DNA of 64,000 nt from an uncultured Methanosarcinales archaeon (GCA_964621065.1 CAZULG010000002.1:61878-125877); one strand, 5' to 3'. Shown: positions 1 through 9,763, counted from the first letter of the stretch. The notes: a model not told the origin generated them from the sequence alone. Program-made: numbers and translations.

Positions 1-949
1 GCAAAAAATCTCTTAAATCGCCTTTATGAGGTATTAATGTATATCTCCCTTCACTTGCTCTGTGAGATTCTTTTTTACCGTAAAATTCTTTCATCGCTTT
101 ATTAGATGATGAACCAAAATATTCTTTAAATTTTTTTCCATCACGCTCAATGGTGTTTCCTGCTGATTGTTCAAAACCTGAGAAAAATGTTCCTGACATA
201 ATAAAATCTGCACCTCCGCAAAATGCCTTAGCTGCACAAGAAGGATACACTAAACCACCATCTGCAATAATTAATCCAACACCTTTTTTTTGAGTTCCAC
301 TCTCATATTTACACAATCCATGAGCTGCATCTGAACACTCAATTACAGCTGAGAGTTGTGGGTAGCCAACTCCTGTCATTCTTCTAGTTGTACACGCAGA
401 ACCGGGTCCAATTCCTACTTTTACAATATCTGCTCCTGCTAAAATAATCTCTTCACTCAACTCATTTGATACAACATTTCCAGCAATTATGATATGCTTA
501 GGACATAATTTTCTAATATGTGAAATTGTTGTTAAAAATTTTTGAATATATCCATTTGGAACATCAAGACAAATAAATGAAAAATTATCAATTAATTTTA
601 ATTTAATCATCTCCTCTAAATCTTGAATATCTTCATCTCTAATACCAAGTGTATATGCAATATAGTCAGGATTATCAAATTCTTTAAAAAATTCTCTATA
701 TTGTTCAACTGTGTAATATTTGTGAAATGTAGTAATTATTTTATAAGATGCTAACAATTTTGCCATTTCAAATGTTCCACAAGTTGCCATATTAGCAGTG
801 AAGATTGGTACTCCAGTCCAAGTTTTTGGAGAATTATAAAATTTAAATGTTCTCTCTAATTGGACTTCTTTTCGCGATTCAAGCGTACTTCGTTTAGGTT
901 TTAGTAATACATCAGAATAATCAAGTTTAATATCTTCTTCAATTCTCAT
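1..949 (-). CDS. guaC: GMP reductase (IMPDH/GMPR family); C-terminal end lies outside the window
   Basis: Absent from the ORF track (no stop inside the window). My translation from ATG 949-947: MRIEEDIKLDYSDVLLKPKRSTLESRKEV..ANMATCGTFEMAK..VKVGIGPGSACTTRRMTGVGYPQLSAVIECSDAAHG..LIIADGG..GGADFIM. It is collinear with bacterial GuaC as I remember it. Confidence 0.8.
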   Translation of the reverse strand, partial: MRIEEDIKLDYSDVLLKPKRSTLESRKEVQLERTFKFYNSPKTWTGVPIFTANMATCGTFEMAKLLASYKIITTFHKYYTVEQYREFFKEFDNPDYIAYTLGIRDEDIQDLEEMIKLKLIDNFSFICLDVPNGYIQKFLTTISHIRKLCPKHIIIAGNVVSNELSEEIILAGADIVKVGIGPGSACTTRRMTGVGYPQLSAVIECSDAAHGLCKYESGTQKKGVGLIIADGGLVYPSCAAKAFCGGADFIMSGTFFSGFEQSAGNTIERDGKKFKEYFGSSSNKAMKEFYGKKESHRASEGRYTLIPHKGDLRDFL

Positions 950-1126
950 CTTCTATTTTTCACCAATGAATATTTTATGTTAAAACTTTAAATAATTTTG
1001 TTTTTTAAAATTCTTCATCATTGTAAAAGATTATTTCATAATAGAATTAAATTTTTTGTTCTTTTGTAAGTTTTTGAAATTCCTTGAGATGAACTCTTTG
1101 ACTGATTTCATATATTAAATATGATT

Positions 1127-1714
1127 CTAAATATGCCTATTTTGATTCTTTAATCTCAACTTCTTCTTTAACTCTTTGAATTCATCAGGTGTGTGAAGAA
1201 TTCGAAAGAGCATATTTCTAAAATATTGATTTCTAAAATGTTCATGTTCAACAATATTGCAAAATTCTTGAAAATCTACAACTTCTATTTCAATTTGCTC
1301 GCCTGAATCTAGTTGTTGCTCTTGGATTTTTTGGCAATTATGAGCTATGAAATAATAGCAAGGCCAATCAATTTTTCCTCCTGGATGAGATACTTGTAAT
1401 AATTCTAACTCTTCACATTTCATCCCCGTTTCTTCAAGTAGTTCTCTCTTAGCTGCATCTTTTGGATCTTCATCTTCAAAGTCACATCCTCCTCCAATTA
1501 AAGAATATCCAACTTCTTCATCTTGAGGTTGGCGTTCTTTGAGAATAATTAATTTATTTTGAAAAGTCGTTGCAATAACTTGAACAGATGGTAATCGCTT
1601 AAGTCCTTCAAATGTTTTATAAGTTCCATCAAATTGTAGTTGCTGCCATTGATATACATCAAATAAAATTCCTTGAAATACTTTTTTAGCTTTGTTTGGA
1701 ATTGGTGAACCCAT
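1127..1714 (-). CDS. NUDIX hydrolase
   Basis: Nudix box GGGCDFEDEDPKDAAKRELLEETGM (GX5EX7REUXEEXGU pattern). Confidence 0.8.
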   Translation of the reverse strand: MGSPIPNKAKKVFQGILFDVYQWQQLQFDGTYKTFEGLKRLPSVQVIATTFQNKLIILKERQPQDEEVGYSLIGGGCDFEDEDPKDAAKRELLEETGMKCEELELLQVSHPGGKIDWPCYYFIAHNCQKIQEQQLDSGEQIEIEVVDFQEFCNIVEHEHFRNQYFRNMLFRILHTPDEFKELKKKLRLKNQNRHI

Positions 1715-1830
1715 ATTAATACAAATTATATTTTTTATATAAGTATTACTACTAAACTCAGTACATATTTCTATTTGAAAAAATAATGATAAAATTTTAG
1801 TTCGGTAAAAGTTAAGAAAATAAGAGATTT

Positions 1831-2316
1831 CTATACTCTATTTTTCTCTTTAAATTTGTCACTCTCTTCTTTTAAGTGAGCAGCTGCTTTGAACTCTTTA
1901 GTTATTTTTGAAGTTCGTGCAATCCTTGACAATTGTCCAGCTCTTGAGAGTCTTGTCACTCTAATCCATTTTAAAATTGCAAACTGTGATGCTTGCTCTG
2001 GTGCCATTGCAAATGCAAACGCTATAAGTTCAAATGGTATTGTTGCTAATATATCTAACCAACAATCATGGAAAAATTCTTTCCATGTATCATGTCTTGC
2101 TCTTAAACGAATTAAGTCTAATAAGAACACAACTAATACAACTACACTTATCCATAAATATGGTACACTCATATCATTAGTTATTTGAAATACATCCATT
2201 ATTAAAAAAATGGTTACAACAAATACTGATAAGAATACTGCAATATCTAGTACTTTATCATATACTGTTTTTTCTTCTATGAAATATTCTTCCATATTTG
2301 TGTTTAAAAAAAACAA
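1831..2316 (-). CDS. Stand-alone voltage-sensor-domain (S1-S4) membrane protein, no pore module
   Basis: Four hydrophobic helices. S2-like FLLDLIRLRA, S3-like WLDILATIPFEL, and S4-like IRVTRLSRAGQLSRIARTSK with a basic residue every third position. The ORF ends about 25 aa after S4. The start may be the internal Met (MEEYF). Confidence 0.6.
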   Translation of the reverse strand: MFFLNTNMEEYFIEEKTVYDKVLDIAVFLSVFVVTIFLIMDVFQITNDMSVPYLWISVVVLVVFLLDLIRLRARHDTWKEFFHDCWLDILATIPFELIAFAFAMAPEQASQFAILKWIRVTRLSRAGQLSRIARTSKITKEFKAAAHLKEESDKFKEKNRV

Positions 2317-2348
2317 ATATAAAATAATTGGTAACCACTATAAAGAGA

Positions 2349-4247
2349 TTATTTGTTTAATTTATAAAAATTAGAGAGCATCTCGATATAACAGGCAAGT
2401 GACCACATTTGAGCACTACACCCTTTAGTCTCTAATTTTTTTGCTGAACTCACTTCTGCAATATGTCCAAGTGTTCCTTGAAATAATAATTGATGTGTTG
2501 TATTTTGAATAATTGTGTTAATTTCATCTTTAAACTTATTTGAATTACAATGACTTAGTGAAATTGCTGCAATAGCGTTCATAAAATACCAACTATCTCC
2601 TTGATGATAACTCTCATCATCACTTCCTGAGTATGTATCACAAAATCTTGAATCATATTTTGAGAGTGATGTAATTCCTCCCCAACTCATGTATGTATGA
2701 TTGAGTGTATTTTTAAAAATTGTAATCCACTCATTCTCACTGCATAAATCTGGATAAGTGTAATATGCTAAAAATACATCACTTGTTACAACTTCACTCT
2801 CAGGTTCATCAAATAAATGATTTTTTCTCATATAAATTTCTCGAATGTGATTTTTAAAATATTGTTCAAAGTCAAGACATTCTTCACATCGAATAGAATC
2901 TTCAACAAGGCGCGAGAGAATTGCAAGTGCTGAAATTGTATTAAGCATTGCAACTTGCATGCCTAAAGGGTATTGAACCCAATTGAGTGTATCTCTCCAC
3001 CATTCTCCTTGCTCAACTCGAACAAGTTCTCTCTTAGAGTTCCATTTGTTTTGTAAAATTCCATTAAATATTGAGTATAATGTGTTGTAAAATAGATGAA
3101 TTGTTCCATCATCATAATGAATTTGATATCTACCCATTTTATCTTCATGAAAAATGAAATCTTCAATTCGTTTTGCAAGCAAAAGTGAGGAATCAGGACT
3201 TTTTAATGAACCTTCTACTTCTAATCGCTTTAATTCACCTTGTTCATCAACACAATTACAAATCTCAATTAATTTTTGTTTTACAAATTCTTCTTCTCCT
3301 ATTTCTAAAAATGCTCGAAGAGATAATATTTCATCTCGTCTCCATTCTTGATAAAACCAAGGATATCCTGCGATTAATTTAGAATTTTGCTCACTAGGAT
3401 GCATAAAATCAAATAATTTTCTCTGTCCTACTTTATATGCTAGTTGAGTTTGAACACTCATTGGAACAGTTGAGCTAGTTGTGTTTGAAAAAGGTTTAAT
3501 GTCTTCATTCATTAACTCACTTGCACTATCTAAATTGTTCATAACTTTTAATTGTTTGAGTACTTCTTCTTTTGAACTCGCATACGCTACGTGAATTTCT
3601 TTATCAATTCCTGCAGTATCAATTTCTAAAGCATTATAGATAAATTCGTGCGCTCCTGTTTGTCTCTCATCATCATATTTATAATATTGTTCAACAAATT
3701 GTTCCACTTTTGTGTATACAATATTTGGTGTTGAAATTGCAATAATTTCTTGATATTGGATTAAATCATTATTTTTTTTTGTGAATTCAATAAATACAAT
3801 TCCTTCTTCTTCGTATAAATTGTAGAATTTTCCAAATTTTGAAAAATCATCAAAATAGCGAACATCTAAATGAACTTGAATTGGGAGGTGAGAATTTGTT
3901 TTGTAGACAAATCCCCCTTTTGGACTTTTTGTGAATGATTCATACTCTAACACATTCTCTGTTGAGTGTTCAATATATGGAGATTTAAAGTATTTTTCAA
4001 CTCTATACTCACTTATATTAATTTTTTCAACTTGTGTGTTTTTAACTCCAAACCAATCAAGTACTTTTAAAGGTGTTTGCATTGATTGATCAAATCTGAA
4101 AAAACCAAATGATTTGCACGTTGGCTCATAAACTGATTGAATGATATAATCTCCTTGTGGATTTTTTAATAAGAATGAACCTAATTCATTGAGTGTTTTT
4201 TTTGAAAATGTCGATGTTTTTCCACCAATTGTATATGATATATCCAT
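2349..4247 (-). CDS. Amylo-alpha-1,6-glucosidase / archaeal-type glycogen debranching enzyme family protein
   Basis: GYPWFYQEWRRDEILSLRAF and YHQGDSWYFMN resemble the conserved GDE C-terminal (alpha/alpha)6 barrel motifs. 632 aa. Confidence 0.65.
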   Translation of the reverse strand: MDISYTIGGKTSTFSKKTLNELGSFLLKNPQGDYIIQSVYEPTCKSFGFFRFDQSMQTPLKVLDWFGVKNTQVEKINISEYRVEKYFKSPYIEHSTENVLEYESFTKSPKGGFVYKTNSHLPIQVHLDVRYFDDFSKFGKFYNLYEEEGIVFIEFTKKNNDLIQYQEIIAISTPNIVYTKVEQFVEQYYKYDDERQTGAHEFIYNALEIDTAGIDKEIHVAYASSKEEVLKQLKVMNNLDSASELMNEDIKPFSNTTSSTVPMSVQTQLAYKVGQRKLFDFMHPSEQNSKLIAGYPWFYQEWRRDEILSLRAFLEIGEEEFVKQKLIEICNCVDEQGELKRLEVEGSLKSPDSSLLLAKRIEDFIFHEDKMGRYQIHYDDGTIHLFYNTLYSIFNGILQNKWNSKRELVRVEQGEWWRDTLNWVQYPLGMQVAMLNTISALAILSRLVEDSIRCEECLDFEQYFKNHIREIYMRKNHLFDEPESEVVTSDVFLAYYTYPDLCSENEWITIFKNTLNHTYMSWGGITSLSKYDSRFCDTYSGSDDESYHQGDSWYFMNAIAAISLSHCNSNKFKDEINTIIQNTTHQLLFQGTLGHIAEVSSAKKLETKGCSAQMWSLACYIEMLSNFYKLNK

Positions 4248-4345
4248 ATTTTATTTTAAGTTTAAGTCTATAAAATATTGAGTGACTATTAAAAAGGGAG
4301 AAAAGATTGTTCATATGAATTTTTGAGTGAAGTTAAATAATTCAA

Positions 4346-5107
4346 CTATTCTTTTAATAATCTATCATACATAATTTTATCAACTGCTTGTACAAATCCA
4401 ACAGCACTCTCACCTGAGTTAATCTCTAAACAGTGTGGATATTGATTGTGTATTTGAACTGAAGGTTCTTGAGTTGTGTTGTAATTAAAAATAATGAGTG
4501 GACTACTTGCAGATGTGAACTCACACCTTGTTGTATTATCAATTGTTTTAAAGCTATTTTCATTAAAACGAACTCCTTCTACAAAACGTAAATATTGTGC
4601 AAATTTTCCACTGGATTTAATGAGCAATCTATTATAAGTTACATCTTCCAATACATTAGGCGTTGCTTGTGTTAAATTAACTCTGTTTTGAGCAATCCAT
4701 TCTTGAGTGAATTCTTGTTCAAAATTAAAGTTTTCAAGTGATTGTAAATCATACACAAATTCAATATTTGCACGCTCCCCTCTAAATCCTCTTGCTTGAT
4801 ACGTAAATCCTTCATCTTCAATTCCTGCTCGTTGATATACATTTAGCACAATTTCTTCTTCTTTTTGTGATTCATAAATTTCAAAGCCAATGTAGAGACT
4901 TGCAATTATAACTATAAATATACCTAAAATAATTGCATACTCTTTAAATCCAGGTTCTTCGTCATTATCTACTTGAGATGATTTTGAAGGAATGTTTTTG
5001 TTTTGCTTTTTTTGTGAATAAGTGGTATGGTTCTCATTATTAGTTGAATGTTTAGACGCATTTGTGTGAGATGTTTTCTCATTAGCTTGATATGTTTTTT
5101 TTGTCAT
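4346..5107 (-). CDS. Hypothetical membrane-anchored protein (low-complexity N-terminus, one TM, extracytoplasmic domain)
   Basis: Long ORF with polar N/S/T/K-rich first ~60 aa, then the hydrophobic helix YAIILGIFIVIIASLYIGF. No recognisable motif. Confidence 0.5.
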   Translation of the reverse strand: MTKKTYQANEKTSHTNASKHSTNNENHTTYSQKKQNKNIPSKSSQVDNDEEPGFKEYAIILGIFIVIIASLYIGFEIYESQKEEEIVLNVYQRAGIEDEGFTYQARGFRGERANIEFVYDLQSLENFNFEQEFTQEWIAQNRVNLTQATPNVLEDVTYNRLLIKSSGKFAQYLRFVEGVRFNENSFKTIDNTTRCEFTSASSPLIIFNYNTTQEPSVQIHNQYPHCLEINSGESAVGFVQAVDKIMYDRLLKE

Positions 5108-5210
5108 TTTTGAACTGTTTAGTTTAAATAAAAGAAGAAGTGTATATTTTTAAATAATTGTATTCATAAGAGAGCAAAGTAAATTTTTGTATTGAATTAT
5201 ATATTAAAAA

Positions 5211-5570
5211 CTATTTAGAGAGTAATATATCAATTTGTTCTGGATTCATTTTCAACTCTTTAACTTTTTTTGATGGTCCAACAACGGTAATTCCAATTTC
5301 ATATCTGAGCAAATACGCAGCAAGTTTATAGCGTAATTTTTCAAACAAATTATTTTCTTTTGACTTATTTAAAAATGCAATATCAATTCCACTAAATGAT
5401 TCATTCACATGTTTTAAACTCTTTGAAGTGAGTGCAAGTTCTTCATCATTATTCAATCTCCCCTCAATTACTACTAAACTACCATCTTTAACTAATCTGT
5501 AAATTTTATCTACTTTTTTAGAAGATTCCAACCCCTTAAGCACCGAATTTGATATAATTTTAACTTCCAT
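5211..5570 (-). CDS. Small conserved hypothetical protein, probable operon partner of the upstream GTPase
   Basis: 119-aa ORF on the same strand, 17 nt downstream of the GTPase gene. From unverified memory it resembles the small proteins that follow this GTPase in archaea. Confidence 0.45.
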   Translation of the reverse strand: MEVKIISNSVLKGLESSKKVDKIYRLVKDGSLVVIEGRLNNDEELALTSKSLKHVNESFSGIDIAFLNKSKENNLFEKLRYKLAAYLLRYEIGITVVGPSKKVKELKMNPEQIDILLSK

Positions 5571-5587
5571 TTTTCATCTTTTTATAA

Positions 5588-6211
5588 CTATATTTGCTTA
5601 AAAATTGAATCATACAACTCTTCTAAATTTTTTCCTTCTTTTGCACTCACTCCAACAATTGGATAATCTGGGAAGACAAGTTTCACCTTATCTACACTTG
5701 CTCCTTTCAAATCAATTTTATTTGCAACAACTACAATTTTTTTATTTTTAGCAACTAGATTCCCAATAAGTGTGATATTAACTTGAGTGTATGGATTTGC
5801 AGTTGAATCCAATACAACTAATACAACATCAACTTTCTCAACCCATTTTATACTCTCAATAACACCTTGAGTGGCTTCTCGAGCCCGTTCTTTAGCATCA
5901 TTTTTTTTCATTCCTTTTTTAACAAAATCTTCAAAATCTATCTTTGTTGCAATTCCTGGAGTGTCAACTAATGAAAAATTCAATTTTTTTGAACCTCTTT
6001 GTAAATGTAGTTCTTTTACTTCTTCAATTTTTCGTGTTTCATGCTCAATCTCTGATGTAGAAAATATTGTTTTCGTATCTTCTCCTAAAATATCTTTAAT
6101 AATAGCATTTGCAAGTGTTGATTTTCCTGCATTTGGAGGACCATATAAACCCAGTGAGATTTCTTTTTTTTTCTGAAAGAAATTCATTAAGGATTTGAAA
6201 AAGCGTTTCAT
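5588..6211 (-). CDS. Small P-loop GTPase (Era/EngB-like, archaeal type)
   Basis: G1 GPPNAGKS, G3 DTPG, G4 NKID, G5 SAK, in canonical order. Confidence 0.8.
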   Translation of the reverse strand: MKRFFKSLMNFFQKKKEISLGLYGPPNAGKSTLANAIIKDILGEDTKTIFSTSEIEHETRKIEEVKELHLQRGSKKLNFSLVDTPGIATKIDFEDFVKKGMKKNDAKERAREATQGVIESIKWVEKVDVVLVVLDSTANPYTQVNITLIGNLVAKNKKIVVVANKIDLKGASVDKVKLVFPDYPIVGVSAKEGKNLEELYDSIFKQI

Positions 6212-6316
6212 AATTAGTTATGACAATTCGTATTTATAAAATTAATTCACTATAACTATTTAATTGGAAATATCACAAAAGAAGGATTTATAAACTTCTC
6301 TATCTATGTAAATAGT

Positions 6317-7330
6317 ATGAATAAACAAATATTGTCTTCTAAATTATTTGCTCTAGGTCTTATTGTAATTTTAACAATTATGATCTCAATGATGCTTCAA
6401 GATTTTATCACACCAATACTTCTAGCAATTATTTCAGCGTATGTTCTCTATCCATTATTTAGTAAACTTTGTGAAAAAACTAAGAAAAAGCAATTATCTG
6501 CACTAATTATAACAATTTTGATGTTTGTCATCTTTCTTGTTCCAGTTGTATTTATGGGAGGATCAATCTATTCTCAAGTTCAATCGTTTGATTTTAATTT
6601 GAGCGCAGTTTCTCAAATTGAACAAACAATTGAAGATATTACAGGAGTTGAATTTTCAATAACTCAATCGATTAACAGTGTTAAGGAAAATATTTTAGAA
6701 AATTTAAGGTCATATTCTCAAAACTTAATTTCTTATACAACATCGTTTCTTATTGGTTTATTCTTATATGCATTTTTACTCTATTATTTATTTATAGAAA
6801 AAGATACAATTTTAACATTTATTTATGAAATCTTGCCTTTTTCCCATTCAAATACTGAGCACATTATGACTCAAAGCGGATTTATTGTTAAAGCATTATT
6901 AATTGGTCAAGTGCTAACTGCAATTATTCAAGGAACTCTAGGTATGATTTCATTTATTATTGCAGGAATTGAAGGTGCAATATTTTGGGGAATTATTATG
7001 ATTATTCTCTCACTCATTCCAATGGTGGGTGCGTTTTTAGTGTGGTTTCCAGCTGGATTAATATTATTATTTCAAGGAAATATTGCAATGGGAATTTTTG
7101 TGCTAGTGTGGGGAAGTATAGTTGTGAGTCAAATTGATAATATTATACGACCAATTCTGGTTAATAGATATTTCAAAGTTCATCCTCTCTTTATTATTGT
7201 AGGAGTGTTTGCTGGTTTGAGTATGTTTGGAGTTTTAGGAATTATAATTGGACCATTAATATTTGAATTATTTGTTCTTATTTATACTACTTACAAGAAA
7301 GAATATGGGATTCATCCGTCTAAATCTTAA
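6317..7330 (+). CDS. AI-2E family transporter (PerM/UPF0118)
   Basis: About 8 TM helices and the family-typical SQIDNIIRPILV motif near the C-terminus. Confidence 0.7.
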   Translation: MNKQILSSKLFALGLIVILTIMISMMLQDFITPILLAIISAYVLYPLFSKLCEKTKKKQLSALIITILMFVIFLVPVVFMGGSIYSQVQSFDFNLSAVSQIEQTIEDITGVEFSITQSINSVKENILENLRSYSQNLISYTTSFLIGLFLYAFLLYYLFIEKDTILTFIYEILPFSHSNTEHIMTQSGFIVKALLIGQVLTAIIQGTLGMISFIIAGIEGAIFWGIIMIILSLIPMVGAFLVWFPAGLILLFQGNIAMGIFVLVWGSIVVSQIDNIIRPILVNRYFKVHPLFIIVGVFAGLSMFGVLGIIIGPLIFELFVLIYTTYKKEYGIHPSKS

Positions 7331-7633
7331 AAAGGTGTTTAATTGTTTGATACATTTTCTCATGTCCTTTATCATTTGCAAAAGAAATCATTGAAATTCG
7401 CTATATGTCGTATGTGTTTTTGTCATTTTTTATTAGTAAAAATATTACTTATCATTAGTAGATTTATTCTATTAAGAAGTTATAATTCATAACATTTTTC
7501 TGATTTGAGTGCGTTGAATAAGAAAAAATATGGAGGTTTGATAATAAGTGAAAAATTAAAAATTACTTCTTCTTATTTTTTGAGGATTCTTCTTTTGCTT
7601 TATCTTTATTTTTTGAGGACAAGGAGTTTGTAT

Positions 7634-7690
7634 TTATTTTAAAAATTTGAAATATGTATGATGGTAGTGTTTAATTGTTGGTTGGAGTAG
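7634..7690. repeat. Direct repeat A: diverged duplicate of the last ~57 bp of the flippase gene
   Basis: ttattttaaaaatttgaaatatgtatgatggtagtgtttaattgttggttggagtag aligns with 8231-8287 with about 6 mismatches. Confidence 0.75.
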
Positions 7691-8001
7691 TTATTTGAAT
7701 TCAAATTCTTTTTTAGAAATTATTTCTTTGAGTTTATTAACAATTTCTTGTTGATCATTTTTCTTTGAAACATCTAAAAAAGTAATAATTTCATTTTCAT
7801 CAAATACAATTATCTTATCATTTTTTTAACAAAGTAAAACCAAATGATTTATACTTTGGTTCTTTTAACTGGTATTTTTTTGAAGAGAAAAGAATTTTAC
7901 CTTTTTGAGGGTTATTTTCTAATGTTTTTAGGGGTTGATTCTTTTTTTAAGATTCTATAAATTTTTTTAATTAATTTTGAATCAATCTCAACTACTGCCA
8001 T
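7691..8001 (-). pseudogene. RelE/ParE-type toxin pseudogene (at least 2 frameshifts)
   Basis: The ATG overlaps the last codons of the upstream 66-aa ORF (AAATGGCAGTAG). Three frames give MAVVEIDSKLIKKIYRILKKESTPKNIRK* / NNPQKGKILFSSKKYQLKEPKYKSFGFTLLKK* / DKIIVFDENEIITFLDVSKKNDQQEIV. Together they have the length and layout of a RelE-like toxin. Confidence 0.45.
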
Positions 8002-8192
8002 TTTTGTTTAGCATTTGAAATAGCATCATCAATAGAGATGGTCTCTAAGTTTTCAAGATATGTCTCAATTTTTGAATCCATATAATCTAAAATAATTGTA
8101 TCTAGTAAAGATGAAATATCTGTGTTCTCTTTTGCAATCATTTTCAATGCAGTATACGATGAAGATGAAATATCAACAGTAGTAGATGCCAT
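7992..8192 (-). CDS. Putative antitoxin (66 aa) of the decayed toxin-antitoxin cassette
   Basis: Small acidic ORF immediately upstream of, and overlapping, the toxin-like pseudogene. No motif was recognised; the call rests on context only. Confidence 0.4.
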   Translation of the reverse strand: MASTTVDISSSSYTALKMIAKENTDISSLLDTIILDYMDSKIETYLENLETISIDDAISNAKQKWQ

Positions 8193-8230
8193 ATTAAATA
8201 TAGTATTTAGAAATATTTAAACGTTTGTAT

Positions 8231-8287
8231 TCATTTTAAAAATTTGAGATATGTTTGGTGGTAGTGTTTGATAGTTGGTTGGAGTTT
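8231..8287. repeat. Direct repeat B: the authentic 3' end of the flippase gene
   Basis: ttcattttaaaaatttgagatatgtttggtggtagtgtttgatagttggttggagtt matches 7634-7690. Confidence 0.75.
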
Positions 8288-9763
8288 TGTTGGGATGAAG
8301 ATGTATAACTCTTTAATTGTAAATATTTTGAGAAGATATCCCAAGACGATATATGTTGCGTATGAGATTGTTAGTATGATGATTCCTGTAATGTAGATGT
8401 TGAATATGAAGAAGGATTGTTTGAGAATATGTGTTAATACAATAAATATTGAAATTGATGCAATTATTTTCAATAAGTTGATGTATGGAATTTTGAGTTG
8501 AAGTTCTTCATGAACTGCTTTATATGTAAACGCTAATATGAGTGTCCAAGAAATTCCAGTGATTAAAGCAACTCCTTCTATTCCCATATAATTAACTATG
8601 AGAACATTTCCTATTAAATTAAATAGTGCAATTGGAAGAATTATTTTTGAGAGATACAGAGCTCTTCCAAGTCCGTTTAAAAACGCGATGTTGAATGTCA
8701 TTAAAATTCGAATCATTAAAAATAGAGATAATATAGAGAGTGTTATTGCTGCATTTTTATATTCTTCTCCAAAGATGAGGGATAATATGATATCAGAAAA
8801 GAGATAAAATATTAATGAGATAGGGATGAGAAAAAATAGCACTTGTTTATAGAGTGTTATAATCATTGTTTGCAATGTGTTTATTTTTCCTTCTTCTCTA
8901 TATTGGGCAAAGAGAGGCATGAGTGGCCTTGATAAAATAGTAACTAGGCTTGCAAACGTTGCAATAAGAGATAGTGCATTTGTATAATATGCAACTGATG
9001 AGAGTGAGAGAAAAAATGTAATTATAAAGACATCTGTTTTTCCAATAATTTGTCTGCTAATTCCTGTTGCAAACATTGCCATTGCGTATTTTATATATTG
9101 ATTAAATAAAGATTTGTTAAATGGTTGGTATTTGAAGAGATATGGGAATTTGTAAATTGTAAGAACTATGTAAATGCACAGTGAAATTGCAGTTCCAATC
9201 CCCCAAGCAAGTGCGTAGTAGAAAAATAGTTGTTGTTCTACACTTAGAAAAAATATAGCTGAGAGTGTAAGAACTGAGAACATTTCAATAAATCTTGCAC
9301 CTTGAAAATAGAGATTTAATTGATGAGCTACAAATACTGATTTTAATGTGTCGTAGAGTTTTAAGAAGATGAAGTAAAATAGAAAAATTAAGAGTATTGT
9401 TTGTGCATTTTCATTTTGAAAGTAATATGTTGCAATTATATCTGAGGTGAGATATACAAGAGAGCTCATAATTACAATTAAAATAATTTTTATTGAGAGA
9501 TTATATTGAAACAGTGATGCTACTGCATTTTTATTGTTTGTTGCTCTATATTTTCCCATGAAATATTCAAAGCTTGCATTAATACCTCCTGTTGTGAAAA
9601 ATGAGATTAATGTGAAAAACGCAATTGCTGAATAGAGTAATCCAAACATCTCTGAGGAGATAGTGTTTGAATACAACATTTTAATGAGAAATCCAAGAGG
9701 AACAATGAATACTTTCATAATGTAGAAGGAATATACGGTATTAATTGTAAAATCTTTAGACAT
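8231..9763 (-). CDS. Polysaccharide/oligosaccharide flippase (MOP superfamily, Wzx-like)
   Basis: 510 aa with about 12-14 TM helices. It sits at the edge of a glycosyltransferase cluster. Confidence 0.7.
   Translation of the reverse strand: MSKDFTINTVYSFYIMKVFIVPLGFLIKMLYSNTISSEMFGLLYSAIAFFTLISFFTTGGINASFEYFMGKYRATNNKNAVASLFQYNLSIKIILIVIMSSLVYLTSDIIATYYFQNENAQTILLIFLFYFIFLKLYDTLKSVFVAHQLNLYFQGARFIEMFSVLTLSAIFFLSVEQQLFFYYALAWGIGTAISLCIYIVLTIYKFPYLFKYQPFNKSLFNQYIKYAMAMFATGISRQIIGKTDVFIITFFLSLSSVAYYTNALSLIATFASLVTILSRPLMPLFAQYREEGKINTLQTMIITLYKQVLFFLIPISLIFYLFSDIILSLIFGEEYKNAAITLSILSLFLMIRILMTFNIAFLNGLGRALYLSKIILPIALFNLIGNVLIVNYMGIEGVALITGISWTLILAFTYKAVHEELQLKIPYINLLKIIASISIFIVLTHILKQSFFIFNIYITGIIILTISYATYIVLGYLLKIFTIKELYIFIPTKLQPTIKHYHQTYLKFLK

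Noticed and set aside
1889-2188. Antisense or shadow ORFs of 60-120 aa inside larger genes (for example 1889-2188, 5871-6176, 32133-32492, 39808-40107, 43502-43831, 46040-46375, 46520-46840, 55046-55387, 58433-58720)
   Set aside because: Each lies entirely within a longer ORF that has clear family motifs. The translations are low-complexity Ser/Phe/Leu/Ile-rich strings typical of the reverse or shifted frames of AT-rich, Glu/Lys/Asn-rich genes. None has a TATA box at the expected distance.
7333-7355. Possible third partial copy of the flippase 3'-end repeat (ggtgtttaattgtttgata)
   Set aside because: Only about 13 nt match (GTGTTTAATTGTT), which is within chance expectation for AT-rich sequence.
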